Assembly: GCA_022820835.1 (NCBI GenBank) | Contig: JAJEET010000134.1 | Location: 45-64,044 of the forward strand | Source: Candidatus Poribacteria bacterium | GTDB lineage: Bacteria > Poribacteria > WGA-4E > WGA-3G | Direction: 5' to 3' | DNA length: 64,000 nt | In this document: in pieces, positions 20,152-29,411 of the stretch | Layout of the letters: every line of letters begins with the position of its first letter | Position numbering within the stretch: position 1 is the first letter of the stretch | Made by a program: the position numbers and the translations under genes | Notes under the pieces: model-generated | What the model was told of the DNA's origin: nothing | The model's input: only the letters and a program-made list of their open reading frames with translations | The model's database searches: none

Positions 20152-20180
20152 TTGACTTCACCGACAAATCGGTGTATAAT
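20152..20180 (+). promoter_or_regulatory. Sigma70-type promoter for the cyclophilin gene
   Basis: TTGACT-17 bp-TATAAT. The spacer contains the inverted repeat CACCGA-CAAA-TCGGTG. Confidence 0.7.
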
Positions 20181-20307
20181 AATATACTGACATCCGTGAA
20201 AAAACGTTTATATGTAGAAGCCTTCTGATACAACAAGATAGGACGATACTTATATTCCAACAACATTTGCGTAAACTATCGCGCATAAACACAGAGAAAA
20301 GGAACTC

Positions 20308-20871
20308 GTGAAAATTCCCATTTTTCACACGCAAATTATGCAATTAAGCTTATTAGGTGCGTTTCTGGTAACAATTGTTTCATGCAACGGTGAGCAATTG
20401 CCTAATGTAACGATAGAAACCCAAAAAGGCAACATTATTATAGAACTTTACCCTGAAGCTGCCCCCGCTACAGTAGCGAATTTTGCTAAGTTGATAGCGT
20501 CTGGATTTTACGACGGTGTGACTTTTCACCGATATGTTCCGGGCTTTGTTATCCAAGGTGGTGACCCGAACGGGACAGGCAGAGGTGGACCTGGATGGAC
20601 AATCCCAGGTGAATTTCAAGACCCCATGCTTCGCGATAAGATGCCGCCCCATGAAAAAGGGGTCGTTGCTATGGCACGGACACAGAACCCGGACTCAGCT
20701 GGAAGCCAGTTCTATATCTGTCTCACATCGGATTCGAGAAGTGTTGGACATCTGAACGGAAGCTACACTACGTTTGGCAAAGTCATTGAAGGGATAGATG
20801 TCGTAGAAGCACTCCGCGAGCGTGATGTTATGACGAAAGTAACGATTAAGGACTACACGCCGTCAGAGTAA
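20308..20871 (+). CDS. Cyclophilin-type peptidyl-prolyl isomerase (probable lipoprotein)
   Basis: FYDGVTFHR, FVIQGGDP and SAGSQFYI motifs. Lipobox-like IVSC. Confidence 0.95.
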   Translation: MKIPIFHTQIMQLSLLGAFLVTIVSCNGEQLPNVTIETQKGNIIIELYPEAAPATVANFAKLIASGFYDGVTFHRYVPGFVIQGGDPNGTGRGGPGWTIPGEFQDPMLRDKMPPHEKGVVAMARTQNPDSAGSQFYICLTSDSRSVGHLNGSYTTFGKVIEGIDVVEALRERDVMTKVTIKDYTPSE

Positions 20872-20960
20872 TCATGTAAATCATAGATGCATCGTAAGAC
20901 AACGCTTGTGGATTTCTAAATCCGCGATTGTCTACGGAGAAAACGTCCAACAGTAACCGA

Positions 20961-21107
20961 ACTTACGCATACCCTTTTGCAGACGGGGTTTCCAAATCCG
21001 CTGCATCGCACGTTATGTGCTGAACATCCACATTCTCTTTTGGAGGATAGGTTTTCAACCTCGCTGTTTTGCTTGTCATGTGCCGACATATCAAAAAATG
21101 CGTAAGT
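20961..21107. repeat. ACTTACGCA-family inverted-repeat element
   Basis: Ends ACTTACGCAT and ATGCGTAAGT, with two internal GGTTT-x-AA-CC hairpins. Confidence 0.6.
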
Positions 21108-21127
21108 AATATTTAGAAAGGAGGGTA

Positions 21128-22189
21128 ATGTATATGGAAGAATGGAAACGTCTTGTCAGAGATACTGTCAATACCCCCGAGAAGCTTGCTGCCGCGTTCG
21201 ATGTTGACCTCGAAGAGATGCGGCGCATCCATAAAGAATTTCCGATCCGAATCAACCCGTACTACCTCAGTCTCATAGAAGAACCCGGCGATCCGATCTG
21301 GAAGCAGGTCGTTCCTGATCCGAAGGAATTGATGAGCACCGGTGTAGAGGACCCGCTCCACGAGGAAGACGATAGCGAGGTACCGAACGTCACACATCGT
21401 TACCCCGACCGCGCCCTCTTTTATGTCAACTATATGTGTCCTATCTATTGCCGTTTCTGCACCCGCAAACGGAAAGTCGGCGACCCGCACTCAATCTCTG
21501 AGGACAACGTTGAAACAGGACTCGCCTATATTCAGGCACACCCCGAAATTCGTGATGTCATTATCTCCGGCGGCGATCCGCTCATGTTGACGGATAAAAA
21601 GATTGATAGGATTGTCGGTGGTTTACGAGCCATTGAACACTTGGAGATCATCCGGATCGGTTCGCGTGTCCCCGTGACACTCCCGCAGCGTATTACGCCT
21701 GAGTTGTGTGCGATCTTGAAACAGCACCACCCATTTTACATCAATACGCATTTCAACCACCCACGCGAGATTACGCCTGAGACCGAGAAAGCATGCGGCA
21801 TGCTGGCAGATGCCGGAATACCGCTTGGTAACCAGACAGTTCTGCTCAAAGGCGTGAACGACGATCCCGATGTCATGGTGGAACTGATGAAAGGGTTACT
21901 TCGGATCCGTGTCAAGCCGTACTATATCTATCAAGCGGATCTCGTCGTTGGAACCGACCATTTCCGAACGGCGGTGAAGACCGGTTTAGAAATCGTTTCG
22001 GCGTTGCGCGGTCATATATCAGGGCTCGGTGTACCGCACTACGTCGTAGATGCCCCTGGTGGTGGTGGAAAAATCGCGTTGATTCCTGATCCGATCGTTG
22101 CTTTTGACGATGATGAAATCCAGCTACGCAACTACGAAGGCAACGTTTACAGTTACCCGAGTACGCCGTTCTTTGATGAGGACTGGTAG
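21128..22189 (+). CDS. KamA-family radical SAM/PLP aminomutase (lysine 2,3-aminomutase-like)
   Basis: CPIYCRFCTRKR, SGGDPL, HFNHPREIT and the PLP-lysine motif DAPGGGGK. Confidence 0.92.
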   Translation: MYMEEWKRLVRDTVNTPEKLAAAFDVDLEEMRRIHKEFPIRINPYYLSLIEEPGDPIWKQVVPDPKELMSTGVEDPLHEEDDSEVPNVTHRYPDRALFYVNYMCPIYCRFCTRKRKVGDPHSISEDNVETGLAYIQAHPEIRDVIISGGDPLMLTDKKIDRIVGGLRAIEHLEIIRIGSRVPVTLPQRITPELCAILKQHHPFYINTHFNHPREITPETEKACGMLADAGIPLGNQTVLLKGVNDDPDVMVELMKGLLRIRVKPYYIYQADLVVGTDHFRTAVKTGLEIVSALRGHISGLGVPHYVVDAPGGGGKIALIPDPIVAFDDDEIQLRNYEGNVYSYPSTPFFDEDW

Positions 22190-22225
22190 TCTGTTTCCTG
22201 ATTACACTATGATGAATATCAAGAG

Positions 22226-23254
22226 TTATTTTGCTTTGACTTCTTCCCACGCGCGATCGTAGTGCCTCGTGAAATCTCCAGGGTCCCTCAACCACTCAAG
22301 GGAATCCAACACCTCTTTCGGTGGGTAGATAAATTTATGTTCACGTAGGTTTTCCGGTAAAAACGCTTTCGCTGTCGGTACACAAGTGCCGTATTTCGTG
22401 AAGGCGGTAATCTTGGCGTTGACTTCGGGTCGGAGTAGATAGTCAATGAACTGCTCTGCGAGTGCCTTATGCGGTGCGGATTTTGGAATACAGACAGCAT
22501 CAATAAACTGGCTTGATCCTTCTTTTGGAATGATATATCGGATCGTCGGACGTGTTTCAATTGCACGGAACGCGTCGCCGCTCCAGCAGTGTGCCATAAC
22601 TACATCGCCAGCGATGAGGAGTTCTTCCGCCTCGCTCTTATACTGTTTCACAAGTGGTGCCTGGGCTATTAGTTTCTCTTTTGCCGCTTTAATCTCCGTC
22701 AGGTCGGTTGTGTTGAGGCTGTATCCGAGCAGTTTAAGTGCAGCACCGATTGTTTCGCGCTGGTCGTCTAACATACTGAACTGGTTCTTGTATTGTTCAT
22801 CCCATAGTACTTCCCAGCTATCCGGTGCTGGCGAAATAACAGCCGAATCGTAAGCGATACCCGCTGTACCGAACGTATACGGAATAGAATATTGGTTATC
22901 GGGGTCAAAGTACTTACCGAGGAGCAGGGGACTGATATTCTCGAAATTGGGGATGTTGTCACAGTTGAGTTTTTCTAACAGATTCTGCTTGATTAAGATT
23001 GATACCATGTAGTCAGACGGCATGATGATGTCGTATCCAGTCGCGCCTGCCATCAACTTCGTGAGAAGATCTTCATTGCTGGCAAAGGTATCAACGAGAA
23101 CGGTCACCCCGAACTCTTTTTCAAACCCCTCACGGATGTCATCGCTGACGTAACCTGCCCATGTAAAGACATTTAATTGTTTTTTTTCTGTATTGCAGGC
23201 ACTGACAAGAAGTGTGAGGAGTATCAGGGCTAAGAGGATATATCTATTGCGCAT
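22226..23254 (-). CDS. potD: Spermidine/putrescine ABC substrate-binding lipoprotein (PotD-like)
   Basis: Lipobox VSAC, GYDIIMPSDY, WSGD and IPKEGS motifs. Confidence 0.88.
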   Translation of the reverse strand: MRNRYILLALILLTLLVSACNTEKKQLNVFTWAGYVSDDIREGFEKEFGVTVLVDTFASNEDLLTKLMAGATGYDIIMPSDYMVSILIKQNLLEKLNCDNIPNFENISPLLLGKYFDPDNQYSIPYTFGTAGIAYDSAVISPAPDSWEVLWDEQYKNQFSMLDDQRETIGAALKLLGYSLNTTDLTEIKAAKEKLIAQAPLVKQYKSEAEELLIAGDVVMAHCWSGDAFRAIETRPTIRYIIPKEGSSQFIDAVCIPKSAPHKALAEQFIDYLLRPEVNAKITAFTKYGTCVPTAKAFLPENLREHKFIYPPKEVLDSLEWLRDPGDFTRHYDRAWEEVKAK

Positions 23255-23383
23255 GTTTCCTCCGTTGGTATCCGTGTTATGATTGGTATAGATGGGACGA
23301 TTCCGTCGTAGAAGATGAGATCGTCCCGACTGCTGTTAAGATATTGACAAGGGCTGCTATTCGTGTTAATCTAATACTATTCC

Positions 23384-23749
23384 TTATGCGTCAGGCTTTT
23401 CGGTGGCTAATCCTTCGGCTTTCCAACCGCGGAAACCACCGGTTAACACTGAAACGTTTTCATACCCCATGTTTTTTAGCGTGTGTGCGGAGAGTGTCGC
23501 ACGGGTGCCGCCACCGCAGTAGGTAACGATGTGTGTATCCGCGTCAGGAGCGACCTCGTCGATATCGAGTTCAATGTAGCCGCGCGGTAGCGAAACGGCA
23601 TTCGGTAGATGTTCTTCGTCGTAATCCGGTTCGTCCCGAACATCTAAGAGGATAATTGACTCTGTTGCCTCTGTGAGTTCATCAGGAGATATGTGTCCAA
23701 CGTTTTCTCTCGCTTCGGTAAGCAGTTGTTCAAGGGTTTTTAATGGCAT
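23384..23749 (-). CDS. Single-domain rhodanese
   Basis: LLDVRD, HLPNA, YCGGGTR and GGFRGW motifs. Start moved to ATG 23749 (GGAGG SD). Confidence 0.9.
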   Translation of the reverse strand: MPLKTLEQLLTEARENVGHISPDELTEATESIILLDVRDEPDYDEEHLPNAVSLPRGYIELDIDEVAPDADTHIVTYCGGGTRATLSAHTLKNMGYENVSVLTGGFRGWKAEGLATEKPDA

Positions 23750-23945
23750 AGTTTTCCTCCATTTATAGTTGTCAGTTGTCGGTTCGGGTTTTCTATGAAA
23801 ACCCTTTCGGTTGTCGGTTAAGAGGTTTTCGTCTAACAGAACCTTCTTGTAACTGAAAACTGATAACCGATGACCATACACACTATAGCATAATGTCCGC
23901 AGATTCGTCAACATATTTTGGTTATCATTTTAGGAAGGAGAAGAC

Positions 23946-24389
23946 ATGGAGTTACTAAAAAAATCGGTTCAATCTGTGCTTGAAAAAGATCGGATTGGGA
24001 GTCCAGTGTTCCTGCGTTGTGTCTTACACGTGGCAGACGAGAACGCGAATCTATTGTCGTCGGTCGGTGTAGTGACGGCACTCGCAAACGAGTGGATTCC
24101 TTCAACACCTACCCGGGTCTATGCCCAGGGACACGTAGAAAGTACACAGGTGACGGTAATGGTTCACTATGTTGGCGGCCAGATGGCACTCTTGAGCGTT
24201 GATAGGGTTGATATTGAAACCGCAATTGACATCATGTTGGTCGGGAACAGAGGGGGCATCTATCACGAAACGCCAATCGGTAGACACTACCAGAACGCCA
24301 CTCCACTGGAACTCGACGGGACCGGCGAGTTAACAGAAGCTATCGCGCAATCGCTTGAAAGCGGTCAACCTGTTGAATTGGAGGTTTAA
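23946..24389 (+). CDS. Hypothetical protein resembling a stand-alone Gfo/Idh/MocA C-terminal domain
   Basis: RIGSPVFLR, PTRVYAQG and MLVGNRG patterns with no Rossmann fold. AAGGAG SD. Confidence 0.6.
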   Translation: MELLKKSVQSVLEKDRIGSPVFLRCVLHVADENANLLSSVGVVTALANEWIPSTPTRVYAQGHVESTQVTVMVHYVGGQMALLSVDRVDIETAIDIMLVGNRGGIYHETPIGRHYQNATPLELDGTGELTEAIAQSLESGQPVELEV

Positions 24390-24391
24390 AC

Positions 24392-25540
24392 ATGCAGCAA
24401 AACGGAAAATATGGTGTGCTATTACTCGGTGGATACCGCACGCATCAAGAAAATTACGCCTCGCTTTTCGGTCAAGACGAACGCTGCCGATTGGTTGCAT
24501 TTGCCGATGAACTCGACGCACCACCGGAGCGGGTGGCACTGGCACGCGCACTTGCAGAATCGTTGAATCTACCCTTCATCCGTGATCTCAACGACGCTTT
24601 GGCACGTGAGGATGTACACATCGTCAGTCTCTGCACGGAGGTGGAACGTCGTGGACGCGTGGGTGCCAAATGTGCAGAAGCGGGAAAACACGTCTATCTT
24701 GATAAACCGATGGCACTCAACCCCGAAGATGCGAACAAGATCGTTGGGACAGTCGCGAAAAGCGGCGTGCGAACCCAGATGTTTAGCAATATCCATAGTA
24801 CTTGGGCACGCACGGTTCAGCGTGCATTGGCAAGTGGACGTATCGGCGAACTTCAGGCAATCCATTGCGATGTCCTGTTCTCTAAAGGGCATCCTGGCAC
24901 AGCGCCTGTCGGAGAAAAAAGGGTTCAAAGACCTACGCTGGAACGCTATAGTTTCGTTGAGGCGAAACCTGAGATGTTTGATGTCGGGGTCTATGCGGTG
25001 TCTATGGTGAATTGGTTAACGCAGAAACGCGTGCAGCGTGTGTTTGGGGGAACAGGGAACTTTTTCTTCAAAGAGCATCTCGATTGCGATCTTGAAGATT
25101 TCGGTGCTTTGGTTCTGACGTTAGAAGATGACATCACAGCAACAATTGTCAGTGGACGCTACGGTTGGCAGAGTCACGCGCAAGGTGGAATTCGGAAGGT
25201 ACATCTCGTCGGTACCGAGGGAACTTTGACGTTCGATGCTTCAGCGAACCGTCTGGAAGTTTTTGCCGCTGAACCGGCGTTTGAGCCACCGACCCCGCAT
25301 CCGCTCGATCCGATGGGGATGTGGAGCAGCACACAGGCAGAGATTGGGATGCGCCCGAAACAGCAGTGGATAGATGTCGGCAGCGGAGACGATGGACAAC
25401 GGGAATTCAGCGCGTTTGTAGATTGTATTGAGGACGGTGTAGAGAGCGAAATGAACGCCGAATTTGCGGCACATTCCGTGGAGATTATCTGTGCGGGGTA
25501 TCGTTCTGCTGCAAGCGGGGAGGTTATTAACCTCAACTGA
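24392..25540 (+). CDS. Gfo/Idh/MocA family oxidoreductase
   Basis: AGKHVYLDKPMA, GRIGEL and VGTEGTL motifs. Confidence 0.88.
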   Translation: MQQNGKYGVLLLGGYRTHQENYASLFGQDERCRLVAFADELDAPPERVALARALAESLNLPFIRDLNDALAREDVHIVSLCTEVERRGRVGAKCAEAGKHVYLDKPMALNPEDANKIVGTVAKSGVRTQMFSNIHSTWARTVQRALASGRIGELQAIHCDVLFSKGHPGTAPVGEKRVQRPTLERYSFVEAKPEMFDVGVYAVSMVNWLTQKRVQRVFGGTGNFFFKEHLDCDLEDFGALVLTLEDDITATIVSGRYGWQSHAQGGIRKVHLVGTEGTLTFDASANRLEVFAAEPAFEPPTPHPLDPMGMWSSTQAEIGMRPKQQWIDVGSGDDGQREFSAFVDCIEDGVESEMNAEFAAHSVEIICAGYRSAASGEVINLN

Positions 25541-25597
25541 CGCGAGGTTCTCATAGGTTCCACGCTTACCGATTTTACTGTTTGAGGCTACACAGTG

Positions 25598-25693
25598 TTT
25601 TCTGTGTTGGGATTCAAGCTTATCCCTCAAGGACTGATAGATTTCTTTACCGCGGGCAGCGATGGCTTCGGAGATGTCATCAGAATATGGCAT
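25598..25693 (-). pseudogene. Truncated copy of the small gene at 26073..26336
   Basis: MPYSDDISEAIAARGKEIYQ aligns with MSYSDATSETIAARGEEIYQ. Similarity stops after about 31 codons. Confidence 0.75.
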
Positions 25694-25704
25694 AGTGATT
25701 TTCC

Positions 25705-26073
25705 CTATGGCAGCGGGGCAATCGTTACGTCACCATCTGGCACGACATCTAAAGTCAAACGACTTCCGTGAAGCAGTGACATGCCTACTAACGATTCAGT
25801 GTCTGATTGTAGAACGTACACCACACGTTCTACGCTGTGCCATATCACTTTCACACGATATAAATTAAGCGGAACACTATTCCCATTAGCAAGAAGCACG
25901 TTTCGCTTACCAATCAGTGGGAGATTGAGGCGGTTAATTAAATCAATCGGTAGCATTAAAAAACCAGTGAAACCTGTATCAATAACTGCCTCAATTTTTA
26001 CGCGCTGTGCTAAGCTAACTACTTCTAATTCAATAACAGCTTCTCGATCCGCCTTAATTTTTCCTATAATCAT
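25705..26073 (-). CDS. Clan AA (retropepsin-like) aspartic protease
   Basis: AVIDTGF and LVGMSLL motifs. Confidence 0.9.
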   Translation of the reverse strand: MIIGKIKADREAVIELEVVSLAQRVKIEAVIDTGFTGFLMLPIDLINRLNLPLIGKRNVLLANGNSVPLNLYRVKVIWHSVERVVYVLQSDTESLVGMSLLHGSRLTLDVVPDGDVTIAPLP

Positions 26074-26336
26074 TATGTTGGGTCCGAAATTCTAAAGCCA
26101 AGTCGATAAGCAGCTCCAAAGCCGATTCGCAGCCCGTAAGTCATAGCCTTCGGATTCTTAGCAAGCAGACGTTCTGTAGCTTCCATATCCTCATCGGCGA
26201 TTTCATAGTTTCCCGTTTCAATGTCAACTACAAAAAACTGACCTTTGTGTTGAGCTTCAAGTTCTTTGCGGTACTGCTGATAGATTTCTTCGCCGCGGGC
26301 GGCAATGGTTTCAGAGGTAGCATCAGAATATGACAT
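26073..26336 (-). CDS. Small partner protein of the retropepsin-like protease (DUF5678-like)
   Basis: LEAQHKGQFFVVDIETGNY and LRIG motifs. TAATG overlap with the protease gene. Confidence 0.75.
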   Translation of the reverse strand: MSYSDATSETIAARGEEIYQQYRKELEAQHKGQFFVVDIETGNYEIADEDMEATERLLAKNPKAMTYGLRIGFGAAYRLGFRISDPT

Positions 26337-26436
26337 GGTAATTCTCCTTCTGAAATGTTATTGTGAAACACGGCATTCTGTTTATTACACATTATAACAC
26401 AAAATTGCGCCGGGTGCGAATGCAGTATTTTTCTTC

Positions 26437-28302
26437 CTATCCTCTAACGCCTATCGCTTCAAGTTGGGCAATCTGTTTTATCCACGATTCACGGATTTCT
26501 GGGGAATAATCGCCGGGGAGTAGCGATTTTCGCGTGCAATTGAGAAGTGCTTGTAAGGTTTGGTATTGTCTTATCGGTCCGATATTCGGTAGGATTCGAT
26601 CTTCGGCGACGGCAATAATTTCATCGATTGTGAGTTCACCCGTTTCTGAGTTCGTCTTGATAAGACTGGCGGCTTCAAGGTCGGAACGTAGCGAGGCGAA
26701 ACTCGCTGCAGAATACGCCTCTGTTACCTTCAAAAGCCGTTCGGTTTCTTCGTCAGAAAGTGGACTGGAGGAAACTTTCGCAACAGTCCAGCGTAGAAAA
26801 TCCTCGCGGTCTTCGTCTCTCGGATCAAGTACTGGAACCACCATATCTCCGACTCTACCTTCGCGTCGTAGGTCAGGTGATAGGTTATATATCCGGGCAG
26901 TCATCAGAAGCCATGTGATATTCCCTCGGAGTTGAGGGTCCGACATCATCGCTTGTATCTTTCCCGTCAAACGTCGTTCTGTGCTGTGTGCTTCTCTTCC
27001 AACTCCCCCGAACTGCGTATCCGCTTCATCGACAAAGATTAAAACCTTTACCAATGCCATCAGTAACCGTCGGAGCCGTTCAAAGATGACATCTGTCTGT
27101 CCGAACCACATACTTCGGATGTTCTTAAGGACAAGGACAGGTATATCAAGTTGACCGGCGAGTCCCTCGAAAATAAAAGTTTTTCCGCTGCCGATGGGAC
27201 CGCAGACGCTCATCCCCGGAATCGCATCGGGTCCGGTTGAGGTGATCCGCGGAATCAGCTGTGTTTTTAGAAAATCCACTAACTTTCGGTTGCCGACGAT
27301 GTCCTTTAGACTGTGTGCTGGTTTTTTAAACTCCACAACATCTTCACCCAACTGCGTCTGAATATATTCGGAGACTTTCTCAATGACATCATCAGGTTGA
27401 AGTTTCTCACCGGAATAGCATGCGGAGAGCAACATTTGTCGGAGTGCCTGTATGGATAATCCGGCTGTCAGCATCGCGAGTTGTGCTTGTGTACCCCAGA
27501 GGTTTAACGGTTTCTCAATCAATTTGGGTGTGTTGTTGAACCACGAAATGAAGTGCTGACGCTCCGACATTCCCGGGGCAGGGATTTCAACGTTGACGAC
27601 CTGTGGCAACCTGATAATCCGTGAGTTCAGGAGACTCGGAGATTCTGTGATGAAGATGACGGTATCGTTTCCGTTCATGAAATTGGAATCGGAAATCCAG
27701 TCTTGAACGATGCTGACCCGATGTCTATCCTGAACGGATAAGCTCCGTATCTCGCCTTCTGGGAGCAACATATCGGCTGCTTCTATGAGAATAATCAGTT
27801 TTTCGGCGAGAAATTTTTTGCCGTCCGTGTTTGTGCTGCGGGAGAGCAGGCAAAACTGTCGGAGCAGTTCAAGTGCGAGTGTTGAGCTGCCGATCGCGTC
27901 GGTCATGTACTGTGAGAAAGAGACCTTAGAAGGCTCTGTAGCGGATTCAAGGAATCCGATCACAGATTCGCGTCCGCGCGAGGTGCTGGCAGGTGCATCT
28001 ATACCGGTATCAGATTCGGTTATGCCTCGCCATCGGTTGAAGGCGCGCTCAACCTTTTCGCGTTCCGCCTCCTGAGCGAAGCGTATGGGGCCGTTGAGTT
28101 CATAAACGATCAGGATGAACCCATGTATATCCCAGCTGTGCGTTAAAAAGGGGACGATCGGAACATAATCCGTTCTCTCTTCTTCCTTTAAAAAGAAGAG
28201 GTCGTGAATATTTCCGGACAAGACAAGACTCCGAGATGTCCCAGAATTAATGAGCATCCCGGCTTCTGATCGGAATGTATAGGTTGGGCTTTTAACAGGT
28301 AT
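26437..28302 (-). CDS. AAA+ ATPase (degenerate N-terminal AAA plus active classical-clade AAA domain)
   Basis: Walker A GPIGSGKT, pore loop SMWFGQT, Walker B IFVDEAD and SRH DLRREGR. Start is either ATA 28302 (strong SD) or ATG 28257. Confidence 0.88.
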   Translation of the reverse strand: MPVKSPTYTFRSEAGMLINSGTSRSLVLSGNIHDLFFLKEEERTDYVPIVPFLTHSWDIHGFILIVYELNGPIRFAQEAEREKVERAFNRWRGITESDTGIDAPASTSRGRESVIGFLESATEPSKVSFSQYMTDAIGSSTLALELLRQFCLLSRSTNTDGKKFLAEKLIILIEAADMLLPEGEIRSLSVQDRHRVSIVQDWISDSNFMNGNDTVIFITESPSLLNSRIIRLPQVVNVEIPAPGMSERQHFISWFNNTPKLIEKPLNLWGTQAQLAMLTAGLSIQALRQMLLSACYSGEKLQPDDVIEKVSEYIQTQLGEDVVEFKKPAHSLKDIVGNRKLVDFLKTQLIPRITSTGPDAIPGMSVCGPIGSGKTFIFEGLAGQLDIPVLVLKNIRSMWFGQTDVIFERLRRLLMALVKVLIFVDEADTQFGGVGREAHSTERRLTGKIQAMMSDPQLRGNITWLLMTARIYNLSPDLRREGRVGDMVVPVLDPRDEDREDFLRWTVAKVSSSPLSDEETERLLKVTEAYSAASFASLRSDLEAASLIKTNSETGELTIDEIIAVAEDRILPNIGPIRQYQTLQALLNCTRKSLLPGDYSPEIRESWIKQIAQLEAIGVRG

Positions 28303-28369
28303 GAGTTGTCGCCCCCTTCAGTTTTAGGTAGCAAACTTACGTCGCTGCGAAACACTTGTAAGTGGTAGA

Positions 28370-29212
28370 TTAGAGCGGCAGTTCAGAATCAGAATCCTCT
28401 GCCTTCTTCGCGGGTTCTGCTTCTGTTTCCGTCTGTGTATCTGTTTGCTGTGCGCCGAAGATCAAAGCATCAAATTCGTCGGAGGTTGAAGAGGATCGCG
28501 CGGCTGCGAGGAATTCCTGTTCTTCAGACCTTGAATCCGTACCCGCCAACTCCTGTGCGACCACTGAACGTCCTTTCGCTTTTTCACGGATTTCGCGCAT
28601 CCGCGACAATTCAGCGGAGGTACCATCCATGCTGATACCCGAAAGCATATCGGCGATCTCTTCTTGCTCTTTTGCAGTAATGAGATCAGCGACCGCTTCA
28701 GACTGCTCATTCTTAATTTGTTCTAAATCGCGATGTAGGCTGGTGATCTGGATTTTATGGTTGTCAATACCGGCTTGCGCTTCCTCAATTTCGCCTTCTA
28801 ACTCCGAAATTTGTCTGGTTTTGTCTTCCAGGTTGGAATTGAATTCTTGGTAAGCCGTAACACAACGTACATATTCAGCATGCTGTTTGACTTCTTCGGG
28901 TGCCATTCCGTCTTCTTGCAGGGCCGCAGCGGTCTGCTGTGCCTTAGCGATTGCCCCAGATTTCAATTCTTCCAAATTTTCGACTTCGTCGGTAAGGTTC
29001 TTTACCGTGGATTTCTTACGTTCCACGAGTGCTATAAGTTGACCGATCGCATTCTTATAGCGATTAATATTCCCCTTTTTGTCAGCGATGATGTCTTCGT
29101 AAGCCCCTCTAACGGCTTCCGGGTCTTCCATCATTCGATCCGCTGTTTCATGTGCGCGCCCCGACAGTGTGTACCAGATCGCCTTGAAAAATCGTGTGAA
29201 TCCATTTGCCAT
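28370..29212 (-). CDS. PspA/IM30 (ESCRT-III superfamily)-like protein
   Basis: Amphipathic N-helix MANGFTRFFKAIW, EDP hinge, long helical hairpin and acidic tail. Confidence 0.78.
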   Translation of the reverse strand: MANGFTRFFKAIWYTLSGRAHETADRMMEDPEAVRGAYEDIIADKKGNINRYKNAIGQLIALVERKKSTVKNLTDEVENLEELKSGAIAKAQQTAAALQEDGMAPEEVKQHAEYVRCVTAYQEFNSNLEDKTRQISELEGEIEEAQAGIDNHKIQITSLHRDLEQIKNEQSEAVADLITAKEQEEIADMLSGISMDGTSAELSRMREIREKAKGRSVVAQELAGTDSRSEEQEFLAAARSSSTSDEFDALIFGAQQTDTQTETEAEPAKKAEDSDSELPL

Positions 29213-29411
29213 TTTAGTTTCTCCTATTGAATCGCACTTGAAAATAATAAGATAAGCGCGATTTTTCTGTATTGCTTTGCGACTTATATTAATGCCAGTT
29301 AAACGGTTAGGAACCGTACCGCAAATCCATCGTATCGTATTTTAACATATTTTTATCTAAAACTGCAAGAAAATTCTGCACAGCGTTTCAGGTATATCAG
29401 GATAGGTAGTT

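Noticed and set aside
23750-23914. N-terminal extension of the rhodanese ORF
   Set aside because: It crosses a heptamer-repeat element and promoter region, and a strong SD precedes ATG 23749.
25241-25693. 150-aa ORF as a real gene
   Set aside because: Only the first ~31 codons are homologous to the small gene. The rest is antisense to the oxidoreductase.
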